Source: a virus
Virus record (IMG/VR): IMGVR_UViG_3300025687_000022
Strand: one strand, 5' to 3'
DNA: 64,000 nt
In this document: piece after piece, positions 45,641 through 58,600 of the stretch
Layout of the letters: each line of letters begins with the position of its first letter
How positions within the stretch are numbered: the first letter of the stretch is position 1
Made by a program: the position numbers and the translations under genes
The notes under the pieces: generated by a model
Databases searched by the model: none
What the model saw: the letters and a program-made list of their open reading frames with translations, nothing else
What the model was told of the DNA's origin: nothing

Positions 45641-46303
45641 TTAATAACTCCTCACAACTGTTTGGGTAGCAATAGCCATTTGGCTTGTAACTGTTTGAGT
45701 CGTAGTCGCACTAGTGGTGCCAGCTATCGCGCTCGTAGTTCCAATATCTGTAAATTGTTTTAAACTAGAGCTACTGCTTGAGTTTAAAGTTGCAATATCA
45801 GAAGCTGTTGATAACAGTTTGGTTCCTGTCTCTAACTTACTTTGGTTTAATCTTTCGGTTAGTTTATCTTTTGACTCTGTTGTGTCAGCTGATGTTTCAA
45901 AAATGGGATCATCTGAGAAAGTAAAAGATTTTGAAACAGATAGCCCAGCATTGCCTCCTATTCTAACAGATAATGCAGAACTACTATCAATATTTGGATT
46001 GTTTATTTTTGTGTTATTCGTTTGATCAGAAACTAAAGAATAATCTTTTCCTTGGTCTTTCGAAACAACAGCACCGAGAGCTTCAAAAAACAAAATAGAC
46101 TGCAAAGAAGAATTATCCGATTGTGAGCCATCTGCAAATAATTTTTGAGATGTTTTTGCTATTTTCGCCTCACTACTTCCTCTTTCATATTCTACACCGT
46201 TTACTGTTATTGTCTTTTGGCGGAAAGCAGTGCTTTCTAAAGATACTGTCTGATCTATAGATTCAGGATTTAATACATTTGATAAATTAGCGGTTATTGG
46301 CAT
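45641..46303 (-). CDS. Ser/Thr-rich hypothetical protein
   Basis: 220-aa ORF tiling the cluster. Confidence 0.55.
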   Translation of the reverse strand: MPITANLSNVLNPESIDQTVSLESTAFRQKTITVNGVEYERGSSEAKIAKTSQKLFADGSQSDNSSLQSILFFEALGAVVSKDQGKDYSLVSDQTNNTKINNPNIDSSSALSVRIGGNAGLSVSKSFTFSDDPIFETSADTTESKDKLTERLNQSKLETGTKLLSTASDIATLNSSSSSSLKQFTDIGTTSAIAGTTSATTTQTVTSQMAIATQTVVRSY

Positions 46304-46304
46304 T

Positions 46305-48635
46305 TTATTCAGTTGTCCTTTCTGCTGTTTTCTCCGTTGATGTTAATTCTGACTCTGACTCTGACTCTGGCGGAACAAAAGTGGTAGTAAGTTGGAACCC
46401 ATTCCTTAAAATTGTTTTATCTTCAGTGATTGCCGCGTTGAAAAGCGCCACTACAAATTCAAAATTATTTACTACAGTTGAAAATTTATCTTGAAATGAT
46501 TCAATCGCTTCAAGATTTCCGTTGATTGGATTTATTGTTTGTGAAATTTGAAGTGCTTTTTCAGTAACTTTCTCTATATCATTATCAAATAAGTTGTAGT
46601 ATAAATCAAGAATCATACAATACATAAATGGGGCGGTGTACCACGGAGCAGAACTTGGCTTATCTTGATATTGTGCCGAAGCTGATTCTCTAAAAAATCT
46701 GTTAAATTTTCCAAGATTTTCGTTAAATGCACCATTATCGCTTGCATAATCATAATATTGTTGTAATTCCTCTGATGTATCTTGGAGTTTTTGTAGTATT
46801 GTGTTTGCAATTGTTGCTGTGCGATCTTTTATAACAACTTGGAAAGATAGAATAGGAGTATCATTTATGTTTTTTGCGTAATCAAGAATCTCAAACGACA
46901 TTAGACGATAGTTTTTAATCGCTAAATCATCTACTCCGTTTAAACTTGGATCTAAATACTGACGGTATATAACGCTACTTGCGTACCCAAAAAGATATCC
47001 ATACGTACCAGGATAATCAGAAATTGTTGTTGTTCCATCAGAATTAACTATTTCAACTGTTCCTTGTAATTCTTCATCCGAATAATAATAAGGAGTTCCA
47101 GAATAATTTGTATCGCTCGTAAACTGCTTTAGATAATACGATATTGCTTGCTGTGTGGAGTCGTCTTGATTTAACTGATCTCTAGCATAAATCTTTTCTG
47201 ATATAGGATAAGCTGAGCCAGTTGCGAAAGAAGAACCGTAAATTGCTTTTAAAGAAGAATCCGAATCGTTAGTTTCGTATCGATAAACCCAACAAGACTC
47301 AACAAAAAATGTATTGAAATCTATTTCAATGCCATAGTTTTTTAGTTTATTTACATTTAAAATTTTTGAGATATTTGAAGTTCTTTGCAGCGCTTTTTCA
47401 TAGTCAAAATATATTCTTCCAAAAATAACGTGCGAGGGAACGTCGTAAGATGTATCAGCACATTCATACATTGACAACTGAGAATCGGTATAAATGTAAG
47501 TGTCTGTTAAGTCTGTGTCGTGAATATTATTAGGTTCTGCTTCCGATGTATCACCTATTTCTCTTAAGTCACTTATTTTAGAATCATAAAGAACTTGTTT
47601 TATTAATTTAGCATTCTGTTGAACTGAATTGTTTGATAATACCAGTCTTTTTCTATAGTTTTTATAAAACTTGCCGATTGGCTTTGCGGGGGACTTATCT
47701 GGATAAACTCTTGCGATTTGATTTAGCTGAATTAATAAATCCGCACTCTCACCGTATGTTGCGAGAACAGACGAAACATTATCCATAATATCTTTTAGTT
47801 TTGAATAGCGCTCGCCTTGTTCGTAAAAAGATTGATATTCATCAAGTAGATTTTGAAATTTATCAACAACTTGTTGGTGTGTAATAGTTTCAGTTTTATA
47901 AGCAGAGCCGTTTAAAGAAATCAAAGGTGTTTCGCTGTAAAGATTACCTTCTGCATCCAAGTATTCCGCTTTGGCTCCGCTGGACAACCCACTATCATTA
48001 AAAATGGACTCATACGATACTTCACTTGTTTGAAAATCAAGAAGCTGTAAATTATCCATTTGTTCTGGAAATGTGTCTTCGCTATATTCATACACACTGC
48101 TAAAAGCAATAATCTGTAAAGAAGCGACATTGCTCCAACCGTCTAATTTTATATACATTTGTTTGTCAAGATTAATTGATTGAGAAAAATCATATTTTCT
48201 GATTTCATTCCCCGATTCGTCATACGCGATATTAGAATCACTTGAAATTTCAATTTGTGTTAGAAAAATAGGAGTTGGTGCGTCGGCAGATCCAGAAGAG
48301 TAATAAACCATAAAAGGATTTATTTCTTTGCTTATTACTGATTGATATAAACTATCGCCGTTTGAGCCAGTTTGGCTAATTCTTCCATCGACTGACGACA
48401 TAAAAACCGCAACATAATAGTACAAAGAATCATTCAGAATACTGGCAATCGAATCTTTATCTTGCTTAATTTCGCCATCATCATAAAAATACGCATCGTC
48501 ATAATTGCTAATAAAAATAGAACCGTTTATCGTAAGCGAAAGATCGTCTTGTAGTTCCATTTTTTCAATATAAGGTGCTGGAAGGTATTTTCCAGTATTA
48601 TTAATGATGTCGCCCGTTAGCGTTAAGTCTGACAT
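46305..48635 (-). CDS. Hypothetical structural protein (776 aa)
   Basis: Long acidic ORF in baseplate cluster. Confidence 0.55.
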   Translation of the reverse strand: MSDLTLTGDIINNTGKYLPAPYIEKMELQDDLSLTINGSIFISNYDDAYFYDDGEIKQDKDSIASILNDSLYYYVAVFMSSVDGRISQTGSNGDSLYQSVISKEINPFMVYYSSGSADAPTPIFLTQIEISSDSNIAYDESGNEIRKYDFSQSINLDKQMYIKLDGWSNVASLQIIAFSSVYEYSEDTFPEQMDNLQLLDFQTSEVSYESIFNDSGLSSGAKAEYLDAEGNLYSETPLISLNGSAYKTETITHQQVVDKFQNLLDEYQSFYEQGERYSKLKDIMDNVSSVLATYGESADLLIQLNQIARVYPDKSPAKPIGKFYKNYRKRLVLSNNSVQQNAKLIKQVLYDSKISDLREIGDTSEAEPNNIHDTDLTDTYIYTDSQLSMYECADTSYDVPSHVIFGRIYFDYEKALQRTSNISKILNVNKLKNYGIEIDFNTFFVESCWVYRYETNDSDSSLKAIYGSSFATGSAYPISEKIYARDQLNQDDSTQQAISYYLKQFTSDTNYSGTPYYYSDEELQGTVEIVNSDGTTTISDYPGTYGYLFGYASSVIYRQYLDPSLNGVDDLAIKNYRLMSFEILDYAKNINDTPILSFQVVIKDRTATIANTILQKLQDTSEELQQYYDYASDNGAFNENLGKFNRFFRESASAQYQDKPSSAPWYTAPFMYCMILDLYYNLFDNDIEKVTEKALQISQTINPINGNLEAIESFQDKFSTVVNNFEFVVALFNAAITEDKTILRNGFQLTTTFVPPESESESELTSTEKTAERTTE

Positions 48636-49627
48636 ATCTCAGGCTCCGTTCTCGATCCGTAAATATCGTAAAATGCTTCTTCTTGAGCTTGCTGGTCGCA
48701 GTCAAAATCTAAATCAATATAATAGCTTTCTTTATTAAAGATTTCTGCTCCTTTGCAAGCAAGTCTTTGTTCAACTTCACTATCTAAGAGAGTGTCAAAA
48801 TAATACTCAACGCTATCAGTTGTTATTTCATCAACTGGTAAAACTTGGGCAACTTCTGACATTAGAAAGCCGTTTTGTATTTGTGGTATTTCTTTTCTGA
48901 AAAACTTACGCTCCAGTTGTTCTCTTGAGCCAGCAGCCGAAGATGATAATATTAAAAATACTTCAATATCAAAATTTTGTGTAAGGTTTTCTGTGTTTAG
49001 CTCTTCAATATAAAACAAAGGATCATCAGATACAAGTTTTAAAACTTTTTGATCTATAAATTGATTTGAATAAGAGTTCAATTCTCGTAGTTCTCGTGCG
49101 CGTAAATTAAAGATAGGTTCCGATACTTGTATTGAATAATTTGCATCTATGTTTAATTGCGGAATCTTTGTGTCGTTTACAGTATCACTCTGCGTTGAAG
49201 AAGAAATCTGATTTTGTAAAGCAACGATCTTCCAAGCAGGAGTATAGTTTGTTTCTCCATCTAAAAAGGCGTCACCAATCTGAGAATCAAACTTAAAAAT
49301 ATCAGACGCTGGAACTTTAGATCTTGAAGACGGAGTTAGTTTGTCGTTTGGACTTGGCTCCTCGCCAACTGACGTTTTTAATGTTTCTTCAACGTCTCTA
49401 AAGAGCACAAGAGATTCAATATACTGCGTTTCATTTTTTATACGAGCATGTACATCATTTTGTTTTTCTGACGCGCTAGAATAGGCATAGCGACGGTCAT
49501 AAAGCACATTATCGTCATAGAAAGCATAATGAGTTGGCTTAAACTTGCCAACTGATAGAAGATAGTGCCCATAGGAGGTAAGTTTTAAATCAAAAACCTG
49601 TTCTTTTTTGTTTACAAACTTCGCCAT
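48623..49627 (-). CDS. Baseplate/collar structural protein, paralogue of 41065 ORF
   Basis: DLKLTSYGHYLLSVGKFKPTHYAFYDDNVLYD matches the 41065 N-terminal pattern. Confidence 0.55.
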   Translation of the reverse strand: MAKFVNKKEQVFDLKLTSYGHYLLSVGKFKPTHYAFYDDNVLYDRRYAYSSASEKQNDVHARIKNETQYIESLVLFRDVEETLKTSVGEEPSPNDKLTPSSRSKVPASDIFKFDSQIGDAFLDGETNYTPAWKIVALQNQISSSTQSDTVNDTKIPQLNIDANYSIQVSEPIFNLRARELRELNSYSNQFIDQKVLKLVSDDPLFYIEELNTENLTQNFDIEVFLILSSSAAGSREQLERKFFRKEIPQIQNGFLMSEVAQVLPVDEITTDSVEYYFDTLLDSEVEQRLACKGAEIFNKESYYIDLDFDCDQQAQEEAFYDIYGSRTEPEICQT

Positions 49628-49630
49628 TTA

Positions 49631-52600
49631 CTATCCTTGATCATCTTCTTTATACAGTACATCAGCGCTGATTTTAATTGTCTCTACAAAAGATACATAG
49701 TCATAAGGCCAATTGTACTCTAACTTGTAAGTGTCTTTTGACAAATCATCTTTGTTTTTCTGAGTTTCATTTTTAGCTGCGTTTGTCTGAGAAGACGGAG
49801 TAGAGGAGCCAGCCTGAGATGGTATTAAATCTGCATATTTTGCTTGGCTTCTTTGTTTTACTTTAAAAACCATCCATCGAGTGTTTGAATTATTTATATC
49901 GTCAGCAGTTAGTAATTCATTGTCACCAAGAGTATGAGCAGTAGAAGAAACTGTTTTTGTTATCTTCTTATAGTTTCTTGGTGCCAAGTTCTGCCAAATG
50001 TAATTTAAATCATCTTTATCAAACTTGTATTCAAACTCAAAGAAATACATTACCATTGGATCTGCATCTGGATTATTTAAGAAATCAAATTGAGGTGGTA
50101 GAATGTATTGTTGCATTGCTTCAACTTGTCTTCTGATGGACTCGCCCGCGTAATCAAGGGAGTCTCCCTCTGACGATCCTATTGCGCTTTGCAAGCTAGC
50201 TTCGATTCTTGCTTGATCAATCTCAAAGAATGTTTTTGTTGCGCCACTAGATTCTTCTTGGTAAGGAACTGCAACAATAGCTTCTTTAATTGTTTTGCTT
50301 TCAGCTAACTGACCAAGCTTAACTGAAACATTTTCTTCTGTAAAGTTTATAACGTCAGTAAGCGGCTTCATTGTCTGGAACATATTGTTTCCGTTTCCAG
50401 CAGCATCATTTTTATTGTAGATACTGTTGTTGTCAATAACGTCATAATGCCCGCGTAGCCAATCAGAAGGAATATCGCCAATTTCTAAGAAGATTCCTTT
50501 TGTCTCATCTGGTTCCACCACACCAAACTGATGCCAAATGCCTCGTGGAGCCGAATGAGATGCATAAGTTGGAACCGAGAAAGTTGAATTTGCATCTGTA
50601 ATTGGTCTAACACCTTTGTTGTTGAAGTTAGGCATTGGAGTTTCCATTTTTGGCTGGATAACCCAACGCGAGCCAACATACTCGTCTTCAGATAGTACTT
50701 CGTTGCCAAAGTTATCGGTTCTAACTTTCTGGATTCTTTCAACGCCAAATGATGCAATACTTGCGCTTAATTGCATCGCGTTAGCATTAACGTTTTTGCC
50801 GTCGTAAATTAAATCACCGTATGTTGCAGAGCTACCAGAGAAAGCTATGTTTCCGCTAAGGGTTCCAATCAACTGCGTACCTGTCCAGTTAGTGATGTTT
50901 GGTCCACTTGGGACAGAAGAAGCTGATGGACCTGGATCACATCTCCAATACTTTGTTTTTGCTTCTGAAAGAATCTTTTCAAGATCGTAAGATTCGCCAG
51001 CATTTGGCTCGAAAACAATATCAAGCCAAGCTTCACCGTTGTAATAAGGGGGCGTATAGGACCAGTTAAATCCGTTTAGCGAATCTATTGGGTGAGATGC
51101 TGTAATATAAGATCCAGAAGCTTCTCCTAAATCTGGTCTACCTGCTATCGGAGGACCGAAAGCGCTTGGACGACTGTAAAGAGTGAACGACTCTTGGAAT
51201 TCATCGGCAGAAAGCTGTCTTGGATCCTGTGGTAGTGGATATGTTCTTCTATTAACAAATGTGTTGGCACCTGAGTCATAGAATCTCGCACCGTAAGTGC
51301 TGTACGCAGAGTTGTTGCCTGCCGCGCCAGATTCGCTCGTATAAATTCTACTACCGCTAACAGACCTTCTTAGTTTTAGTCTTGCACCGTAAATGCTCCC
51401 AGATTCAAATCTTAAATCATTTGAAACAACATCAGATTGCAATCTTGTGTATTGAGAATCCTTCAAGAAAAAGTTAGCCATTTCACCAAAGTAGTTAGAA
51501 GCCATTCTGGTGTAAAGATCATCAATCTCGTTTACAGTAAACGAAGCCGTTGCATCTAGCGATGCAGATGGGTGAGGTTCCATATCAAGGAAAGTCAAAC
51601 CAGCAATATGTTTTTCTGGTCGAATAATAGCTTCAAATGGGATTCGTTTCTGCCAAACAGAGCCACCTTGATAATCTGTTGGTCCAGAGCCAGTAATAGT
51701 TGTTAACATCCACTGTGCAGTATCGTCTGTGCTACTAACAGTTCCAAAATGATTTTTGGAAAGTTTGGTTAAAGTTGAGCCGATAGGGTAATCAACAGCC
51801 ATACCAGATTTAATGGTGTTGTAAAGAATGCCTGGGGCGAACAAAGGCTGGACCAATGGTCTAACACCGCCGTCTGTGCCATTGGCAATATTTGCACTAT
51901 TGTTGAAAGCTTGGATTGATTTTCCATAAGAATTTTTAAACTGCTCAACAAGATCAGCGCTTCTTTGTGCAGGATAAAAACCCTTGTAAGGCATTAGTCT
52001 AATCGACGCGCTACAAGCTAATCTAATTTCTTTTGGTGCCAAGCCTGTCTTGTTAGAAATGTTAGCAAATCCTTCCATAAACTCGGCATTTGAATAATCA
52101 TTATAAAAGTTTGTTTGAGAACTATCAATGCCAGTTCCAACGACCTCAAAAGTATCTTTTGTTCTGCCAAGTCCAAATTTTCTATAATCAGAAATGTGTT
52201 CGCTTAATCTAAACTCTGGAACAACAGCGTAACCTTTGCTGACCAAAGAAAGTTCTTCTTTATAAGAATCATAATCATCAAACCACGGTTCAGAAGGATA
52301 AGAAACAAACTCATTTGTTGAACCGCTCTTTTGTATAATGCCCGCATTTGCTGGAGCATCCCAGAAAGCTTCACCAGCAAAACGATCATAGTTATTAAAC
52401 TGAGCAGAAACGCTACCCTTGACAATAGATCCTGTTTCTGGGATTGGAATGCCAGAAGGTGAAACAACAGAACCTGGGGCACCAAGAAGATGCTTTCTTG
52501 AATAAAGGGCGCTTATTGCCCTGTTTCTGATCTTTGTTTGTGTGTTTAAAGACGCTGTTGTGTAGTGGGCGTGTAGATACTCATTTTGCAACTCACCGGC

Positions 52601-55600
52601 AGAGTTAGAAGAAATTAAAGCATCAAATATTCCATCAGTTGGAATAGACGATATTCCGCTTAATGTTCTCGTCAAAAAGTCAGAAGGAGCGTCAAGTACC
52701 CAAGCAGATTGAGTCACCAAAACGCCATACGAATTTGTTTGAACTGAAGAAGTATGTAAGTCTATTCTTTCTTGCTGTGTCGCTCGCCAGTATAGGTTGT
52801 CGTACCCAACTCTTGTTGAAGAAGCTGTGGTTAGTTCTAACTTTCTAGTCGGGAAAAGCGCTTCAGAATACATAACCCAATTTAAAGTATAAGCATTTGG
52901 GTTATTTTGTGGAAGTTGAAGCAACTGATCGAACAACAACGTTTTATTTTGAATCTTTCCAGCGAAGACTTTTTGATTTAAATCTTTATCGCTGAAATAT
53001 AGATTTTCATTATTATAAGTTGTTTTTAGTGTTATATTGCTTCCATTAGCATCCATGTTAATATAAACTGGTGCGTTACGGCTACTGAATGGCTTGGTTG
53101 AGTATCTAGAAATAGAAGCACCATCATAAATCGTTAAAGTATTTTCTCTGGCATGCTTTCTTAAAACAGGGTGGGAAGCAGGACCAGTATAAGGCGTGCG
53201 TCGATAACCAAAGTTGTATTTACGCTTTGAGAAAGTTAAGTTAACAAAGTCTGCATTGCCATTTAAGTCTGACAACAAGCCAGGAATTGTATCGATTAAA
53301 TCTGTATTATAATAATTTTGTGAAGGCGTGCCAGTGCCATAGCCCATAACATTGTTGCTTGCAGAATCAACTGGTTCAGCAATGTAAATGTTGAGATCTA
53401 ATGTTGGCTGGTAAAGTGAGGCTGTGCCTGACGCACCAAGAACATCTGAAGCAGATACAAACGGGAAATAAGCTTCATAACGTAAACCGCTGCTGCTACT
53501 GTATTGATAGTAGCCAGTTTGAGGTCCAGATGTTGGAGCATAGCCATAGTATCTAATGTCTCCGTTATGCGCCTGAGAGGCGAGCGAAGCAGTAATCCAA
53601 GCGTATTGTCTATCTGCTCTTGGAATCTGATGTTGAACAAAGAAATTATCAAACTGAGATGAAGAAATAAAAGCACCAGAAGAATCTTGTTTGATAACAC
53701 GCAAAGTATTGCGGTTCATTTTATTTAATGTTGGTGCTTGGGAATAAGACGCACCAGGGTTGGTGACTAAATCTGGGTGCCTACCGAATCTACCAGCATG
53801 AGTAGCAAGATTTTTGATTAAACCAAAGTCTTGACTATTAATGTCGGAAACTCTGATGCCTGTTGTACCTGCACCAACAGTTTCGGAAACAGTTCCAGAT
53901 ATATTTTGGAACGGTCTACGAACAGTTAAATTGCGGTAGTTGATAGCATTGTAAGCAGAATATTCATTTGCTCTTATGTCGCCATAGCCTTGACCGATTG
54001 ATTCAATACCACCAGGAGAAGAGAATCTACTGCGAATAATGCTTTTATTATTAGCGTTGCTGTGCAAATAGTTCACAGCATAATCAGGAACAAATTCAGT
54101 ATGAGACTCATCTGTTCTGCGAATATCAAGGATAGATCGAGCCTGCGAAGCCGAAGGTGTTTGAGTTATTTCAACTGGTAAAGTTGGAGGATTATCAACA
54201 AATGCTCTTGGATTGGCATATCCACCAACGCTACTAACAACTTCATAGTTTTTATAGTAGTTTCCAAGAATAGTGGAGCCTGTTGTTGTATTAATATTGC
54301 GAATATTAACAGGACGCTTTGCCGTAAAATCTCTGTAATAAACTGCTTTTTGAGAAGCTGTCATTGGGTAAGGAGTTTCACCAACTTCATTTGCTTCTGG
54401 ATATGGATAATCTGCACCAACCATACCAATCGCGCCAGTAAAATCAGCAGTTGAGCGGCAAGAAGGATCGTTTAGAGTGCCAAGTAATAATTTCCAAGCT
54501 TCTGGGCGATTAGTATAATCGTCAGAGCCTTGATTTATTTTAACGTGTCGGGACTGGTGACCACCAACTGCATAATCTGTGAACGGACCTTGCATTGGTC
54601 GTTCCATGTCAGAGCCGTAAACGTCGTTGTGCAAGTTAACAATCTCAACGTTTCCAGTAACTTTCTCGACAACTTGTTTGTTGTATCCAGTAGTAACATC
54701 AGATTTAACAACATTGAATGGGAATATTCTAGAAGACTTTAAGTTGTAATAACCAAGACCATCTTCCCATTGTCTACCATATTGAACTTTAAAGTTTCTT
54801 TTGATTTTGACACTTGGAGCAGATCCAGTTTCGCTGTTTTCTGGTAGCGCGCCAATGTCCTCTGCTTTTGCAAGAAGAACGTTTGTTGGAACAAAAACCC
54901 CACCATCTGTATTGACTGGTCCTGCTGGATAAAGAGCGGCGTAGGTTAAGCCAAGATCTTTATTGTTATTAAAGTTTGTTCCGCCCTTCACAACATGACG
55001 AGTTGCCATTGTTAGTTTGTAAGGCTTTGCGCGAGTTCGTAAAACATCAACAGAACCTTGATACTCAACCGCCCCATTTGTACTTAAAGTTGGAGCAGAT
55101 TGATCGTTTGCAATATCTATTGTTTCACGAATTGTTTCTCTTTGAGCATTTACGGTTGTATCGCCAGATGTTATTGTGGTATTAACATCGCGTTGTGCTC
55201 TTTCTTTCCACCAAAGAGTATTTTGATCTTGCGAACCACCGATAGGAGCATGATTAATTTTCCAGTTATAAAGTAACTTATTGATACCAAGAATAGGGAA
55301 CTTTGGTTCTGGAACAGTTTCTTTGATAATTGGTAGCGGAGTTTTATATTTGTTTCTTTCTAAAACGTGGCTTTCAATGATATTGTAAGCATCTTCAACA
55401 ACTGGCGAAGATGCCGGTAACAATTGTGCGACAACAGAAGCCAACGCATCGTCTATCCATTTATAATACTCAATAAACTTTTCAACGTTAGAAACAGTTG
55501 AGACTTTTCTAAAGAAGTTTTCTCTTAGTTTCTCAAGTTTCTTGTAGCGACCGCGATAACGCTGAACTGGCTCGCCAATAACATTATGAAAATCAACAAC

Positions 55601-58600
55601 ACCAGCAAAGAAATCAAGCATTTCTTGAGATACCGCAGAGTACATGCTTTTTTCAATCGTGTGGAAATACTTTGGTCTAACCTCGCTGACACCAAATAAA
55701 TTTTGTGAATCAGAAAGAACTTTGATCATATTAGAAGAAATAGCTGTTTCTGGCTCAAGAAGCCTCATTGCATTAACAAGGTTATTTTTGACAACATCAG
55801 TTGAAGATGTAGCAAAACCATATCCATAACCAGTATGCTGATAACCGCCAATCGCGCCGATCCATCCGTAGTTATCTCTTATTTCTGATGAACCAGAGCT
55901 ATTATCAGTTACATAATAAAAGTTACCGCTTGAATCTGAACCTGTTATGTTGGAGAATGTCCAATGTAGCGCTAGCGAGTTTGCGTTTTTTACATCTACT
56001 TGTTTTAAATTAGAATCAAGGGCAGATAAATTTTTATAAGACCCAGAGATGCCGCCGTTATTTAAATCAAATGCGTGATGTTGTAAGTCAGAATCTTCAA
56101 GATACTTTGTCCAGTATTTAACGTTTGAGATAAGAACATCAGATCTTGTATCTAATGCTCCAGTTATGTTAGTACGACGAGCGCCAGCGTAAATTCTTTT
56201 TGCGCTTTTTAAGAAATCTTGACCTGTTGTTTTAGAGAGCGAGCCAGTTAGCGTGAAAGTATTTTCAATAGTTCCATTGACTGAATTGATTCCGCTAAAT
56301 TCAAGATCGTAGGTGTATCCACTGGAGCCAGAAACCAAATCTGCATACGGATAGTTTGACGGTTTTAGACGAACAGCAAAAGACCAATCATCATTATCGT
56401 AAGTTCCGAGGAAGAAACTACTGGTTAACTCTGGGAATGGATTTGGAGAAATTGAGGAAGTTAACTTAAAATAAACTCCCTTTGACCATTGCTTGTCTCT
56501 AATCGCATAAACTTGGAAGTTTACAGGATCAGTAGACGCCCAAGTGGTATCAGATGCAGAAGCAGTATTCGCCAAAGCCATACCGAATAGTGACACATCA
56601 GTATAGTTTCTGTTGACTGTTTCGTCAATACGTTCAAATGCCGGGAAGGTTGTTTTTACTTCCAGCGTAAAGCCGTATCTTGCTTCTTTGTCGGTCGAGT
56701 AGGAACCAGAAATATAATCAAGAGATTCAGCGTTAGTTGGATCTGCTTTCTGATAAACAACACCAGCAAGATTATTGTTGTCGTTAAAATTAACTTGAGA
56801 GTTTGGCTCTAGATTAATTTGTAAATTAGATTCTAAATCATAAATCTCACGATCTGAATATGTTTTGAACTTAATAACTCTATCGTCAAAATTGAAACAT
56901 CTAAAAGCATTTCTGATTGCTTTTTCTGTTCCTTTCGCTTTGTAGATTCCCGCAAGACTGTTGTAAAGGTTAAGATAAATTAAATTTTTTGCATCGTTTA
57001 AATCAGATTCCATGAATTGATCATCAGAACGATTTAAAAACTTCTCCATAACCGTGGAATCTACAAAGATCTCTGGCATATAAAGACCAAGAGATTGAGG
57101 TAAATGTTGTGCAAATGGCACTGGCTTTGCAGATGCCGATGTGTGTTGTAGAAACTTTAACGATGGAATAGATTGAATTTGTAAAGTTAGTTTATCAAGA
57201 TAAGCACCAACAATATGCGAAACCATACGAAGATCTGATGTATCCTCTTCTGCTTCTTCGATAACCCAGGAAGGCATCATGTTTACAAACATGGAGTTAT
57301 TGTTTCTATCGTGGAAAGAACCTTTATTTAATAGATCAGTCTTCAAAGAAGCAACATCTGGGTGATCAGAATAAATTATTGGATCTAAATATTCGCTTGT
57401 TGCGTTTGTAGAAAGCACCATCGCGGAGCTTGTTGAGCGAGAATTGGAGCCATAGCCTGTCCATGTTCCGTTACCGATTCGCCCAGAATAGTCAAGGACA
57501 CTACTATCTGTTGTTGTATTCCCAACAATACCTTCGTTAAACTTATAATACAAGCCAAGAGTTGTGTTGCTAACATCTGTATTCGCGCCACCTCTAACTT
57601 GAGATTTCCAATATCTTGCAATATCTCTTGCAGATCGGGTAGCATTCCAAAATCTAAATTCGTCTAACGAACCACTTAATTTACCAGCGCCAGCAGATGC
57701 AGTTGAGCCAGACGGACTTGTGATTAGGGCACCGATGCGACCTTGCATGTTTTTTGAGTTTAGTTCGCTAAGCGCCCCAGCAGTCGTATTCTCGTCATTT
57801 AAAACCCCATCTACATAAAGCTTTGTGATCAAGTTTGTTCCAGAGTTATAGAACACAAAAGCATAGTGAGCGTAGCTCCCAAGAGATGCAGTTGTTAAAG
57901 AAGCACCAATTGATTGTTGGTAAATGCCAGATGTTCCAGCTTGCGCTGTAATAAGAAACGGACTACCACTAGAAGAGCCAGTTAGTTCAATTGTTAAGCG
58001 ACCGTAATCAGCGCTGGAAGATAAGTTATTGTTCCAGATGTCAAGAACAACTTCTTTTTCTGTCAAACTTGTTGAGAAAGCGTCTTTCTTTAGCCAGAAC
58101 TCAACAGTAACACCATTATCAAAATTAGATTTTAAATTTGATTCTCTCGTGCCTACACCATAATCAGAAGGCAATCCAGCAGTTGTGTATAAATCATCGT
58201 CGTAGATGTTTGAAAACTGGAACTTGCTGTTTTTGTCTGTTGGAAAAGCTTCTGATAGTTTGGTAAAACTAGTTTTGTTAGGTCCACCGTCAAAAGAAAT
58301 ATATTCTAACGTCGCTGGTAGACCATAACCATCAGCAGTAGAAGACAAAGAACCCCAACCATCAGCGGAAAAGTTAGCTAAACCGTTTGTTCTTGGGTAT
58401 AGGTTATTGAAAATGTATTTTTCAATATCTAGTAATTTGTTGTAGTATTCTGTTATTTCCGCATCAGATCCATCGTATGGATAATAATCATGAACTTGTT
58501 TGATTGCGGAATCATAATACAAGTAAGCAGAACCATAGCGAGAAAAGTTTTCTGGCTCAGAGTAATCAATCTGTGGAATAAACTCTTGTTGCTTTGTAGA

